Shown one piece after another: positions 13,725-25,399 of a stretch of DNA of 64,000 nt. The notes under the pieces are model-generated. The model was not told the DNA's origin, did no database searches, and saw only the letters and a list, made by a program, of their open reading frames with translations. How positions within the stretch are numbered: the stretch's first letter is position 1; the number at the start of each line of letters is the position of its first letter. A program made the translations under genes and the position numbers. This stretch comes from Eledone cirrhosa (taxonomy: Eukaryota): the NCBI GenBank assembly GCA_964016885.1, contig OZ024741.1, positions 348,626,001 through 348,690,000 of the forward strand, given 5' to 3'.

Positions 13725-14290
13725 TTGTTTTAGCAGCTTATCACAAAACTGAAATATATGTGTATATATTGAGTGAAACAAACGGTTTAACCTTTCACTG
13801 TGTATAACTAAAACTTAATTTCTCGAAATTGTTGATATGTTGAAATCGATGTACTTTGAATTCATCGTGTGACGCAAAGCATATTATCAAAGGCTTCTAT
13901 CATCATGGCCTCATACAAATATCTCATGATATTGCTTACATTGACAAAGAGACATCTAATATATGGGGAAGGGTTAAAATCATTTGAATCAACAAAAGTA
14001 TATAACTGACAATACTTCTGCCACACAAAAGCATTGGATAAAATTAGTTGCAATACTTCTGGTCTTTCCCGTTCTGCGTTAAAATAATATCGAGGTGAGG
14101 GTTGCATTTCCTCCTTCATGGATCATTAAAATAAAGTTCCAGACATGGGCACCCATCAATATAATTGAATTTAAATCCCATAAATAGCAGGCCAATTCAT
14201 ACAACATATATTCTATAGATTAATACTCATTAAAATAACAAATGTCACATTAAACGAATCATATATACCAATAAAAAATTAAAACTATAC

Positions 14291-14644
14291 ATGAAACTAT
14301 AAGCCAAACACTTTAACATGGTGAAACTATAAGCCAAACACTTTAACAAGATGAAACTATAAGCCAAATACTTTAACAAGATGAAACTATAATCCAAACA
14401 CTATAAGCCAAACACTTTAACAAGATGATGAAACTATAAGTCAAACACTTTAACAAGAAATTATAAGCCAAACACTTTAACAAGATGAAATACTATAAGC
14501 CAAACACTTTAACAAGATGAAATACTATAAGCCAAACACTTTAACAAGATGAAACTATAAGCCAAATAATTTAACAAGATTATGAAACTATAAACCAAAC
14601 ACTTTAACAAGATGATAAAAATATAAGCCAAACACTTTAACAAG
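14291..14644 (+). repeat. Minisatellite, about 30-bp unit, about 12 copies
   Basis: Unit ATGAAACTATAAGCCAAACACTTTAACAAG with small indels and no spacers. Confidence 0.95.
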
Positions 14645-16769
14645 ACGTCGTCACTACTCCGGTCTCAACAGAAGTAAAAGCATAATATAGTACAAACACA
14701 ATGAATGCAGGTATGCAGGTGGCGATACAACAGAATCGTGTGTGAAATGATCGAATAATAATATAGTTCATGTAAAGCTTTGTAAGATACGTAGTTAACA
14801 TTGTTGAAGTATAGCTGGAAATAAAGGGATGAAATACGGAGTAAAGTTAGACAAAATGAAAGATCAGTTTACAAATTTACTTCATATTTCAGATATTACC
14901 TATATTATTTCTATTTCAGATATAAAACATAGGATTTAATGTTACTCCTGTACGACCAAACAATTAAAATACGTTACATCAAAAGGAATACATTTTATCT
15001 CCATATAAAATATGAGGTGAAAGAAAATAAATAGGGCCCATTTCTGTTCTCAATGTACGAAGCTTTCTCAAAAGGGATATGGGAACTGCAAATAAGACAA
15101 TATTTCTAAAATATTACATTAACATATTTGTAAAATATTGAATTTGAACCTATGCAAGAGTTTTATAACCATAAACCAGAAAATGTTGAAAAGGTGTTTA
15201 TGTATTATGTGATATGAACATGTAAACGACTAAGAAAAAGAAACATTCCTGTGAAGGTATTGTTATCTTCATTAAAGAAGATAAGGTGTGTGTTTGAATT
15301 GATGCTGTCTCTCCTTTGATGTTAGAATGGTAGACAATGAACGTGAATAATTAGAGACGATACAAAATTCAAAGAATTCAGAATTACACTAAATTTGTTA
15401 TCATTTCAATTATAAAATGAGCCTAAAGGACAGTAGCAAAAAGTTAAAATATTTTGTTATAGCTTTTGGATATTGTTGAGAATAACCTGACTAAACAGAA
15501 TAATTGTCTTATTGCAATGTCTACTCATGTTTGCATGATCGTCTTTTTATTTTGTTCGGTGAAGCAAGACAGTAGATATTTCCTGTTGCTGATGTTGCTG
15601 TCGTTGTTGTTATTGTTATTGTTGTTGATGATTTAAAGAATTTATGTTGCTCTTGTTGTTATTGTTGTTGATTTAAAGAATTTATGTTGTTCTTGTCTTA
15701 CTACTCTTTTTGTGCTACTACTTCTAGCGCTGCTGTTAATGTATGTTTCTTGCTGTTTGTTTGTTTCTCATGCTGCTATTTCTTTGTATTTTCAACTGTT
15801 GCGATTACATGTTTATGTCTGTGTTACCGCTACTTTTGTAGAGGACTTCATTATTTTACAACCCAATTTGTATAGAAGGTATTCAAGTGGGTCATAACCA
15901 TACATGTGGGGAAGATTAGCATTCTACGCTTTACCGACATAGAGAAAAGGGTGTCGTCTGACAAATCAGTCATGTCAGTGATAGTTTTGAGTTGCTCTTA
16001 ATCAATTTGGATTAGGAGCTCCTTACCTATTCCTGACCAGTCTTAATTCGCATACTTCCATAATTGTTGCATACCCCGCCATTTGGGTTAAAATGGTCTC
16101 CATTGAGGGCATGGACTTTCTAGCAGCATATTTATTATCCCCATATTTCTCTCACAAAGTTGGAAGGAACATTAATTCTTCATTCCTTAGGGGTGTTATA
16201 GAATGCTTCCTTACCTCCGTTTACCGAGTGAAATCCATGTCTACGGTGACATTTTACTTTTACGAGAGATGTGAGTCACATCCCCATGCTGATTTAAACA
16301 TTTTTGATTTCTGTTTCCCTTGATTTTTCACATATTGTGTGATGTTGGTGGTCGTCTGGTTCTCAAATTCCCTACCATTGACATTTTTGTTATTGTTTTC
16401 ATTCATGTTATTGATGTTCCTTACGTTGTTTTCCGACTGCTTTTATGTGGTTGAACATACTTTGTATTTAGTAAGGAGAATGACTTAAATAGTAATTTAA
16501 TGTGATTATGAAATGAGATGCTAATCTTTACTTCTATTTGTCTGTGCTGTACATTATCTATTTCATTGATACCTAAATATTTGAATATTTGTATTTCATC
16601 TATACCCCTTGCATAAATTTCTCTATCTAGAATGATATAATTGTTTTTATCTAGTTTTCCTGTATTCCTGGTTACCGTAGCTCATTTTTATAATACAAAT
16701 TTCTTTTTTTAAAATCGAATACAGCGTACAAGATATAGTTTCTTTCCGCATAATTTGTATGCAAATCAA

Positions 16770-16979
16770 GTCTATTTTGTAAAAGGCCAGCAATTTGAAC
16801 GGGAGGGAAGTCAATTAAATCGACTCCAGTGCATTCCTAGTGTTTCATTTTATTAACATGGTAAGGATGAATGGGAAGCTAACCTCGACAGGTATTAAAT
16901 TCAGAACGTAAATATTCAAACCAAATAACACTGTCATTTTTATCCGAACGTCCTTCACTCAATTCTGACAATCCACCAC
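16770..16979 (-). mobile_element. Diverged SINE copy (long-tail subfamily)
   Basis: AGGCCAGCAATTTG..GGGAGGGAAGTCAATTAAATCGACTCCAGTGC ... CAATCCACC. Confidence 0.75.
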
Positions 16980-17002
16980 ATAAATGATAATAACAGCTAT
17001 TA

Positions 17003-18017
17003 TTATTTCGTTATTGGACACAATACAAAAACAGGGATGGTTGGAATTTACATAAATCGTGTAAATAAAGTAACAGTTAAACATGAACTATCAAATTATA
17101 ACCATAAAAATTCCCCAATAAGAGTCAGCAACACAATAATCTCCAAAAGAAACATAAGAGGGTACATTTGAAAGTCTCTAGCTTACCGGAGATCGACCGC
17201 CTAACAAAAGGGAACATGTTCCTTACACAAGACGTTGAGGAGCAGGTGGTCCAATTTGGCGAGGTGTGAACTACGACAGGGCACAACTGCAAGGCGGTAG
17301 TAGAGGACAGAGGCGGTCTACGCGTTTCCTCTTCCGCCTGACATTTCAGAGTAAGCAGCCTGCTTGTTATCCTCGTTCCAGTTTATATCTTCCTGGAGGG
17401 CTGGCACAAACCATATCTCGAGAAAATTCACGGGTCCATCAACCCTGTGCCTCACTGCGCCATTAAATGGCATGTTTATGCCTCTCCAGGTGCCGAGATG
17501 CAAACCCACCGACATATCTAGTTTCAGTTTTGCTCCCATCACTCTTTCATATTTGTCTAAGAATTTGCCAACCATCTCGATTTCTAAAGTGTTCAATACT
17601 AGCAAGGAGAGTTGATCTGCATAGGCCGGTACAGCTCTTCCACGTCCCGGTTCGATCGGATGTCCTACAAAAGCTAAATCTTCTGTAGTAGTGGCTTGAG
17701 AATCTGTTCATACAAAGGTGAGGAAGAAGGAACCAGATCTGAAATGGTTCAGATATGTGGCCGTTGATTTTGACCACTAAGCATTGTAACGATCCGGCTT
17801 CTGAAGACAGGACCGAAGCCGGCTGTCTTGAAGACAGAGTCCCGGTAGCGATGGTCGACTCTATCGAAAGTTTTCGATTAACCCAAATTGATCAGAGCCC
17901 CTTCGAAGCCAGGTTTGCTCCCTACCTCAATGATGTACCCATGATGGGGGGGGGTACGTTCTTGTGTATGGGTCTGGTCGTGATTGCACAAGTGTGGACC
18001 CTCGTTGTTATCACCTT
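17003..18017 (-). mobile_element. Tx1/L1-clade LINE fragment (RT, internally deleted, joined to probable 3' UTR)
   Basis: Peptides GALINLG*SKTFDRVDHRY..VFKTAGFGPVF, VVKINGHISEPF and KYERVMGAKLKLDMSVGLHLGTW...GPVNFLEIWF...NWNE are typical of Tx1-type RT. Confidence 0.85.
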
Positions 18018-18641
18018 GGCACAAATTTGGATTATATAAATTTAATAATTCTATTGTCTTCTGAATATGCTGTTAATTAAAACACTTATACAAAGTAGCT
18101 ATCCCGTAATACTTTGCTATACATCAGTTGATGCTGATGACACAGAAGAAAGTAAACCAAACTACTATTACTCCCTAAAAAAACATTACAATTCCTATTA
18201 TCTACTGGATCCACGATCCTCCTTCCTATTTACGGTACTTTCCATTATTTTATTTCTTTCATATATTTTATTTCCTTCCTTTATTGAGTTTCTGTTAAAG
18301 TTCATCTGTTTCAGTTAAGAATGGGACATACATTCTGTTCACATTCCTTTATTCTCTCACTCTCTATTTTACACTCACTTCTCTTCCCTTGTGTTTCTAC
18401 CTTACATACCCTTCTCATTTAACTCTATTATTTTTCTATTTTGTGTAGTGATCTATTGTAAGACAACCCACATTTCATCCGTTGTTCTGGTATCTTACTA
18501 ATTTATTCTTTTGTTTTCTAACATCGTTTGTAGTTGGAAAAAATAGACAAAACCATTGTCAGGCTGCTTGTTAATGAATGGCTTTCATCATATAAACCCA
18601 CACGCATCCCACAGCCCAAGTGTGTACGCAAACACACATCC

Positions 18642-18675
<34 letters not shown>

Positions 18676-18703
18676 GTATATATATATACACCCACACACA
18701 CAC

Positions 18704-18792
<89 letters not shown>

Positions 18793-19191
18793 TGTGTGTA
18801 GGAAGAAGCTGCATATACACATATGTATCTGCATATATACATGTGTGTGTGTTATATACATATGTGTGTGCGTGTGTGTGTCTCTGTCTGTCTCTGCGTG
18901 TGTGTGTGTGTGTGCGTGTGTGTGTATGTGTGTGTATGCGTGCGTGCGTGTGCGTGTATGCGTCTATGCACACTATGTTGTTATTTGCATTGTTTCATAT
19001 TGATAGTTCCATTATTTGATATTGAAATAACAAGGTGAATTGAACTATATAGAATAATCTGGAACATAGAAATAATAAAGAGAGAGCAAGAGAGAGAATG
19101 GGAAAGAGATTGAGAGAGACAAGGAGAAAGAGTGAGAAATAAAGAAACAGTACAGTATATAAAGCACGCGCCATTTTCTCAATAAAATAAT

Positions 19192-19371
<180 letters not shown>

Positions 19372-19920
19372 TGTGTGTGTGTGTGTGTATAAATGGAGAA
19401 TGAGAAGGAAAACGAGAGAGAAAAGATGCCAGAAGAATGAGAGACTCAGAGAGAGAGAAATATCTTCATATCTTCAATTGTTTTAGTTGGCATGCTGTGG
19501 AGATCTGTTGATGCGTGTAGTTTTGAAAAGTTTTCATATTTCTCAGTATAAAGCTGTTAGCTATTTAACGAGCTAGTAGATACGTGTACGTTCCCCATCC
19601 CATTTCTCTTTCTGTTTTAGCTTGTATGCATGAATGTTAGTATAAGTGAGTTTATGCTTGTCTGTGTTTGGATGAAAATATTAATTAATATATAATTTAT
19701 TGCAATTACCTCATATTTTTATGTGTTATGAATGCCGACTGGTTTGTTTTTTTTTTTCATGTTGCATGCAGGACGATTATATAAAGTTGTTCGACATTTT
19801 GTGCAAATGATATTTATTACGTAAATAGACATTCAATTTTGTAAAACTTCACGCTAGTCCTTTTTTTTTGGGGGGGGGGGGGGGGGGGGGGGGCGATTTT
19901 TATTATTTAAATTAAAAGTC

Positions 19921-20070
19921 AGGGCGGTGGATTGGCAGTATCGGTAGAGGGTCGGAGCCCGTGCTTTGCACCGGGCCGATGAAATAAAGTACCATTCACG
20001 CACTGGGATCGATTTAATCGACTTTCCCCTCCCCCAAAACTGCTGGCCTCGTGCCTATATACGAAACCAG
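19921..20070 (+). mobile_element. SINE copy with the B-box region deleted (long-tail subfamily)
   Basis: AGGGCGGTGGATTGGCAGTATCGGTAGAGGGTCGG ... GTACCA..CACTGGGATCGATTTAATCGAC..CCCCAAAACTGCTGGCC. Confidence 0.85.
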
Positions 20071-20745
20071 TATGTAAATTATAACTGTCAAACAGTATTC
20101 ATGCCATTTGTTTCTAGATATAAAACCCTATATCTTGCTGTCAATGATGTTGTGGTGAGATCTAAATATAGCGAAAAGGGTCTGGTGATGTCACAGTTCT
20201 TGAAAATACATATCATTAAATGTGGGAATTATTCACTGTATAGGTAGTTAGTTCTGTTACTACGAGACACTAAACTTTTTTCTTTCTCCAAAAATGTTTC
20301 TAAATAAGTGAAAAATATCAATGAAATAGAAATTCTACGTACAGCACTCGCTGCAACTAATAATATTTGTTATATATATCAATCCATCACATTGACCTAC
20401 TTGAGTTAATCAAGTAGCACTATGTATAAATACAGACATGCATAAACACACATAACACTCACACTTGTATGTATATATATATATGTTTATATGTGAATAT
20501 TTAGGAAGTCATAGCTATGCAAAAAAAAACGGGGCTAATGCCCACTGGTAGTGTACTACAAAAGCAAGTGGGCAATCGTCGGTACATTTGGAACTGAACT
20601 GGCCCTCATCAGGACGATGAGTGCCAGTTACTGCTGGATTTGAAAACAGTCGAGAATATATAGTTTTCTCGCCTGTGTAAATGAGGTGATTAATCTCATT
20701 TGCATATGAAGCTGCATAACTTGGTTCAATCTATAACAGAATAAA

Positions 20746-20822
20746 ATTAGGATTTAGCTCCAGGCATAGCTCTATACAGATAACATACCTGTATACAGCT
20801 ATGTCTGAAGCTAAATCCTAAT
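20746..20822. repeat. Fold-back hairpin (about 33-bp arms) abutting (TA)n
   Basis: TAGGATTTAGCTCCAGGCATAGCTCTATACAG ... CTGTATACAGCTATGTCTGAAGCTAAATCCTA. Confidence 0.85.
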
Positions 20823-20917
20823 TATATATATATATATATATATTGTTATACTTTGGGAGGGTCATGTTGCCAATAAGAAACACACCCACCAGTTGCTTTC
20901 ACTTCAATTTATTATAA

Positions 20918-21845
20918 TCTATATATATAAAACTGTGGTTGTCTGTCTGTCTATCGATTTTTGGCACACATCTCCTCTTAGAATCTCTCACGGAATTGCA
21001 CCGAAATTGCTATACTTATACATTGAGCCCTAGCGAAGACATCGGAAAAAAAATTTCAAATTGACCCACCCTATGTGACGAAATCGAATATAATGTATCG
21101 ATTTTTGAGCGTAAGTTATCAGTTATTTCCCTTTGTTCTGTTTACATTGAGCGTCTTACGTAAAAAATTACGCTGGCTTTAACAGTTGTCGACCCAGCAA
21201 AATATTGACCTGCAAAATTCATCAGTTCGAACACTAAGATTCCGTTTTGCTTCATTTCCATTTAAAAGCATTTTAAAACAATATTTTTACTTGAAAACAA
21301 GTCTATTTAAAGACTACGTAAAACAAGCAAATATTTCGTCGTTAGGCGTGCAGACAGACAGTCGTGCAGACAGACAGTCGTGCAGACAGACAGTCGTGCA
21401 GAGAGGTGATATAGGCGTGCAGACAGACAGTCGTGCAGAGAGGTGATATAGGCGTGCAGACAGACAGTCGTGCAGAGAGGTGATATAGGCGTGCAGACAG
21501 ACAGTCGTGCAGAGAGGTGATATAGGCGTGCAGACAGACATAACTGATAATTTGGTTACGCTAATGATTTTCTCTGCGTTGCAGTGTTTACATTTTCGAT
21601 CTTTGTTAATAAATAACCAGTGCAGTTTCTATCCCCAGCATCCTCTTTTGTTATAACATTCGGGTTATCGTTATGTTTTCTTAACTTCATAAGGCATATT
21701 GTTGGTTGAGGGAATATTAATCAAAAACACCACATGCAAGTCTGCACAGTAGACACTACAGTTTTTAAGCCAAGAAAGAAACTTAACATTGTAACTTTAA
21801 CACAGCTACTGAGCGACCCCGAGCAACGCCGGGCTTTACTGCTAG
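20918..21845 (+). mobile_element. Non-autonomous Helitron, copy 1 of a head-to-tail dimer
   Basis: 5' TC after a host A; subterminal hairpin CCCGAGCAACGCCGGG; 3' CTAG; internal ~37-bp minisatellite (GTGCAGACAGACAGTCGTGCAGAGAGGTGATATAGGC). Confidence 0.85.
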
Positions 21846-22743
21846 TCTATCTATATATATAAAACTGTGGTTGTCTGTCTGTCTATCGATTTTTGGCACA
21901 CATCTCCTCTTAGAATCTCTGACGGAATTGCACCGAAATTGCTATACTTGTACATTGAGCCCTAGCGAAGACATCGGAAAAAAATATTTCAAATTGACCC
22001 GCCCTATGTGACGAAATCGAATATAATGTATCGATTTTTGAGCGTAAGTGATCAGTTATTTCCCTTTGTTCTGTTTACATTGAGCGTCTTACGTAAAAAA
22101 TTACGCTGGCTTTCTCAGCGTTTAAAATGACATTAACACAATACACGAACAGTTGTCGAGCCAGCAAAATATTGACCTGCAAAATTCATCAGTTCGAACA
22201 CTAGGCTTCCGTTTTGATTCATTTCCATTTAAAAGCATTTTAAAACAATATTTTTACTTGAAAACAAGTCTATTTAAAGACTACGTAAAACAAGCAAATA
22301 TTTCGTCGTTAGGCGTGCAGACAGACAGTCGTGCAGAGAGGTGATATACGCGTGCAGACAGATAGTCGTGCAGAGAGGTGATATAGGCGTGCTGACAGAC
22401 AGTCGTGCAGAGAGGTGATATAGGCGTGCAGACAGACATAACTGATAATTTGGTTACGCTAATATTTTTCTCTGCGTTGCAGTGTTTACATTTTCGATCT
22501 TTGTTAATAAATAACCAGTGCATTTTCTATCCCCAGCATCCTCTTTTGTTATAACATTTGGGTTATCGTTATGTTTTCTTAACTTCATAAGGCATATTGC
22601 TGGTTGAGGGAATATTAATCAAAAACACCACATGCAAGTCTGCACAGTAGACACTACAGTTTTTAAGCCAAGAAAGAAACTTAACATTGTAACTTTAACA
22701 CAGCTACTGAGCGACCACGAGCAACGCCGGGCTTCATTGCTAG
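21846..22743 (+). mobile_element. Non-autonomous Helitron, copy 2 of the dimer
   Basis: Near-identical to copy 1. Junction CTAG|TC; ends CTAG before a host T; no TSD. Confidence 0.85.
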
Positions 22744-22819
22744 TACATTTATAAATTTAGGAATTTATGAATTTCCGGTTGGTTGGTTGATTCCACAACC
22801 AGATGATTGTTTATATATT

Positions 22820-22862
22820 GTCAAAGTTCTTTCGTCACATAGTCTGTGACCTCTTCAGTGAC
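22820..22862 (-). ncRNA. Minimal type I hammerhead ribozyme motif in PLE pLTR
   Basis: GTCA-CTGAAGA-G-GTCACA-GACTA-TGTGAC-GAAA-GAAC-TT-TGAC: 4-bp stem I, 6-bp stem II, vestigial stem III. Confidence 0.75.
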
Positions 22863-23089
22863 TGGGGATTCTTTTCTTTGTTTTTGTGCCTCTCATTTGT
22901 TCTGTCCTACGCCAGCTTGTTTTTGTGTCTGTTGTGTGCTTAGTTTGCGCATGTGTTACATGCATGTGTCTGTGTGTGTTTATATTTGTTTATTTATTTG
23001 TTTATTTACATGTTACTGGTTGGTTGTTTGTTCTATGTGCGTGTGTGTTTTCCTTTTGTCCTTAATTGTAAGTTGTGATGTTGCTGTTC

Positions 23090-23448
23090 CATTCATGTTT
23101 TTTATTTAATTTTGGTTGGAGTTCATTTATGTTTATTGCCTCTGTGATTTGTCTAAACATTGCGTCTTTTCTGTGTGTAGATACTATTTTTATTTCTATG
23201 TTCTCTAATTTACCTTTATGTTCTATTTTTGCATGTTGGTAGAGTACAGATGATTATTTACTATCTTGAAGGTCTCGCCAGTGTTCATTTATGCGTTCCC
23301 CTATACTACGAGCTGTCTCATCTATGTACACTATATTCTTTTCTCTACATTGTCCTTCAGTACATCTTATGCTATATACTACATTTCTAGTTTTACAGTT
23401 AATATGGGGGCTTAATTTACAGATTATACATTTCTTATCTATACAGGG
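23090..23448 (-). pseudogene. PLE GIY-YIG endonuclease domain with upstream Cys-rich linker (not in the ORF track)
   Basis: Manual translation: PCIDKKCIICKLSPHINCKTRNVVYSIRCTEGQCREKNIVYIDETARSIGERINEHWRDLQDSK*SSVLYQHAKIEHKGKLENIEIKIVSTHRKDAMFRQITEAININELQPKLNKK. One stop; YIG has become YID. Confidence 0.9.
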
Positions 23449-23871
23449 ATAGATAAGAAATTTATAATGTATAGATAAGAAATGTATAAGTTATAAATTC
23501 CTAAATTTATAAATTTATTATAATAAATTGAAGTGAAAGCAATTGGTGCGTGTGTTTCTTATTGGCAACATGACCCTCATAAAATATAACAATATCGGTT
23601 TCAACACGCGTTTTCAGATAAAGAATCGTGCTAAACAAATTCAGAAACGAAATATATATATATATATATAAGTGTTGTAGTAAAGTTTCGTAAAACATCC
23701 CCAGCCTTAGAGCATCCAGTACGTGAGTTTAGATTTAGTATTAAACACAAGCACCGAAAATCGACTATCTGCGTAATGCCGCTGTTGTGAAGTAATCATA
23801 TATATATTTGTGTGTGTGTGTGGGGGGTGGGGTATGTTTGTGTATATGTGTGTGTGTGTGTGCGCGCGCGC

Positions 23872-23936
<65 letters not shown>

Positions 23937-24363
23937 AGCGCATTGCGTAGTTTTTCCGCAGTGCATGCGGTTCAGGACAAGGTAAACTAGAATGTAATAA
24001 AATACAATAAACTAGTTAAAAATTGGTTAAAAGGGTTTACGTTTGTGTTTTAGTGTTCCTTTCGCTGTAGAAATATGTAAAAGGTTGAGGCTGTGAGATC
24101 TAAAATTAGCGTTAAGGATAGTTACAATTAGGTTTAGAATTCGTGTTAGAATTATTGTTAGAATAGACATGTCGTGGAAGTATATATTGCTAATATGGTG
24201 TAGGTAATATTTCATTGTTCTGATTATATGTATTTTGTACAAGATCACTAAATTGTTGTAACAATAAGGATATAATTTGTTTCCTCTTTCGTAAATCGAG
24301 GTTTTATTGGTCAGCGTGTCAATATACTTTTATATACCAATATTTTCATTTTATATATATATA

Positions 24364-24414
<51 letters not shown>

Positions 24415-24440
24415 CGTGTGAGCGTGTGTGTATGTGTGAT

Positions 24441-24471
<31 letters not shown>

Positions 24472-24579
24472 GGAAACCTGTTAACCCATTTTTTTTTCAC
24501 AACTCGCAGATTCACAATGAGAGTAATTTATGCAACTTTCCACATATTGTGTTTTTATTGATGTACGCTTTATTACCTG

Positions 24580-24637
<58 letters not shown>

Positions 24638-25399
24638 TTCTCTCTCACTCTCTCTCTCTTTCTCTCCCCTCTCTCTCTCTCTCTTACTCTCTCTCTCTGA
24701 CTGCTGTCTAATTACCCGTTGGCATTTAATGTCCGGAAAGGTACTACCATTGTTTACTGTCGCACCACATTTGCCATGGTAGTTGGAGACTAGAGCCGAA
24801 TGCTTGTACAGCGATTCAAGACAGATATTTCTCTAATAATCGATTTTTTTTTCACTCACCTGTTAATTTATGTGTGATTAGAGATATGTTGGTTGAGTAT
24901 TTTTGGAAGGCTCGAAGCATAGAATCTCGAATCCTCGCCATCGCGTAAATTTCTGAACAAGTAGCCAATAGGTTGACGGCATGTTGATGACGCAGAGGGA
25001 TTTTAGTTACTGCTGTACTACTGTGCATTTACTGCCATAACCTGCACAGACTGGAATCGAAACCTGTTGATCTATTGATTATTGATTAGGCGAAATTCGC
25101 TGATGAAACCGCATGAGCCTATTGTGCATTATTGCATAATAAATGCAGACAATGGCTGCTGTAGGTCTCTAGTTGCATTAAGTGTGGCAGAACCTCGAGT
25201 ACGGGTATACGTTTATGCTACCCACTTACATGTGTTGTATTGAGGCAAATAACTTAATGTCTACTCTGAGATTTATACAACAACCTTAACTATGAGTACG
25301 CTGAGATGCAACCGGTCCTAGCAGGGAAACCTTATACTAGTCCCGCTAACCTGTTATTTTTATTATTATTATACATATATATATTTATTTATACATATA

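Larger units (their letters stand above)
20843..23650 (-). mobile_element. 5'-truncated Neptune-like Penelope-like element (GIY-YIG, 3' UTR, hammerhead-containing pLTR) with an inverted tail copy, interrupted by the Helitron dimer
   Basis: The tail at 20843-20917 continues at 22744. 23500-23650 is an inverted copy of the same tail. Both outer ends lie in (TA)n. Confidence 0.8.

Noticed and set aside
13862-14119. 85-aa ORF as a host exon or tyrosine-recombinase relic
   Set aside because: No motif I can identify with confidence and no clear splice pair.
14291-14644. CRISPR-like array (30-bp repeats)
   Set aside because: Units are contiguous with no unique spacers, there are no cas genes, and the context is eukaryotic.
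15860-16480. Very old PLE RT remnant on the minus strand
   Set aside because: Only faint motif hints (AFYNTP, HFNPNG) and no YxDD; needs a frameshift-aware search.
21346-21540. Repeat array as CRISPR or coding repeat
   Set aside because: Contiguous minisatellite inside a Helitron.
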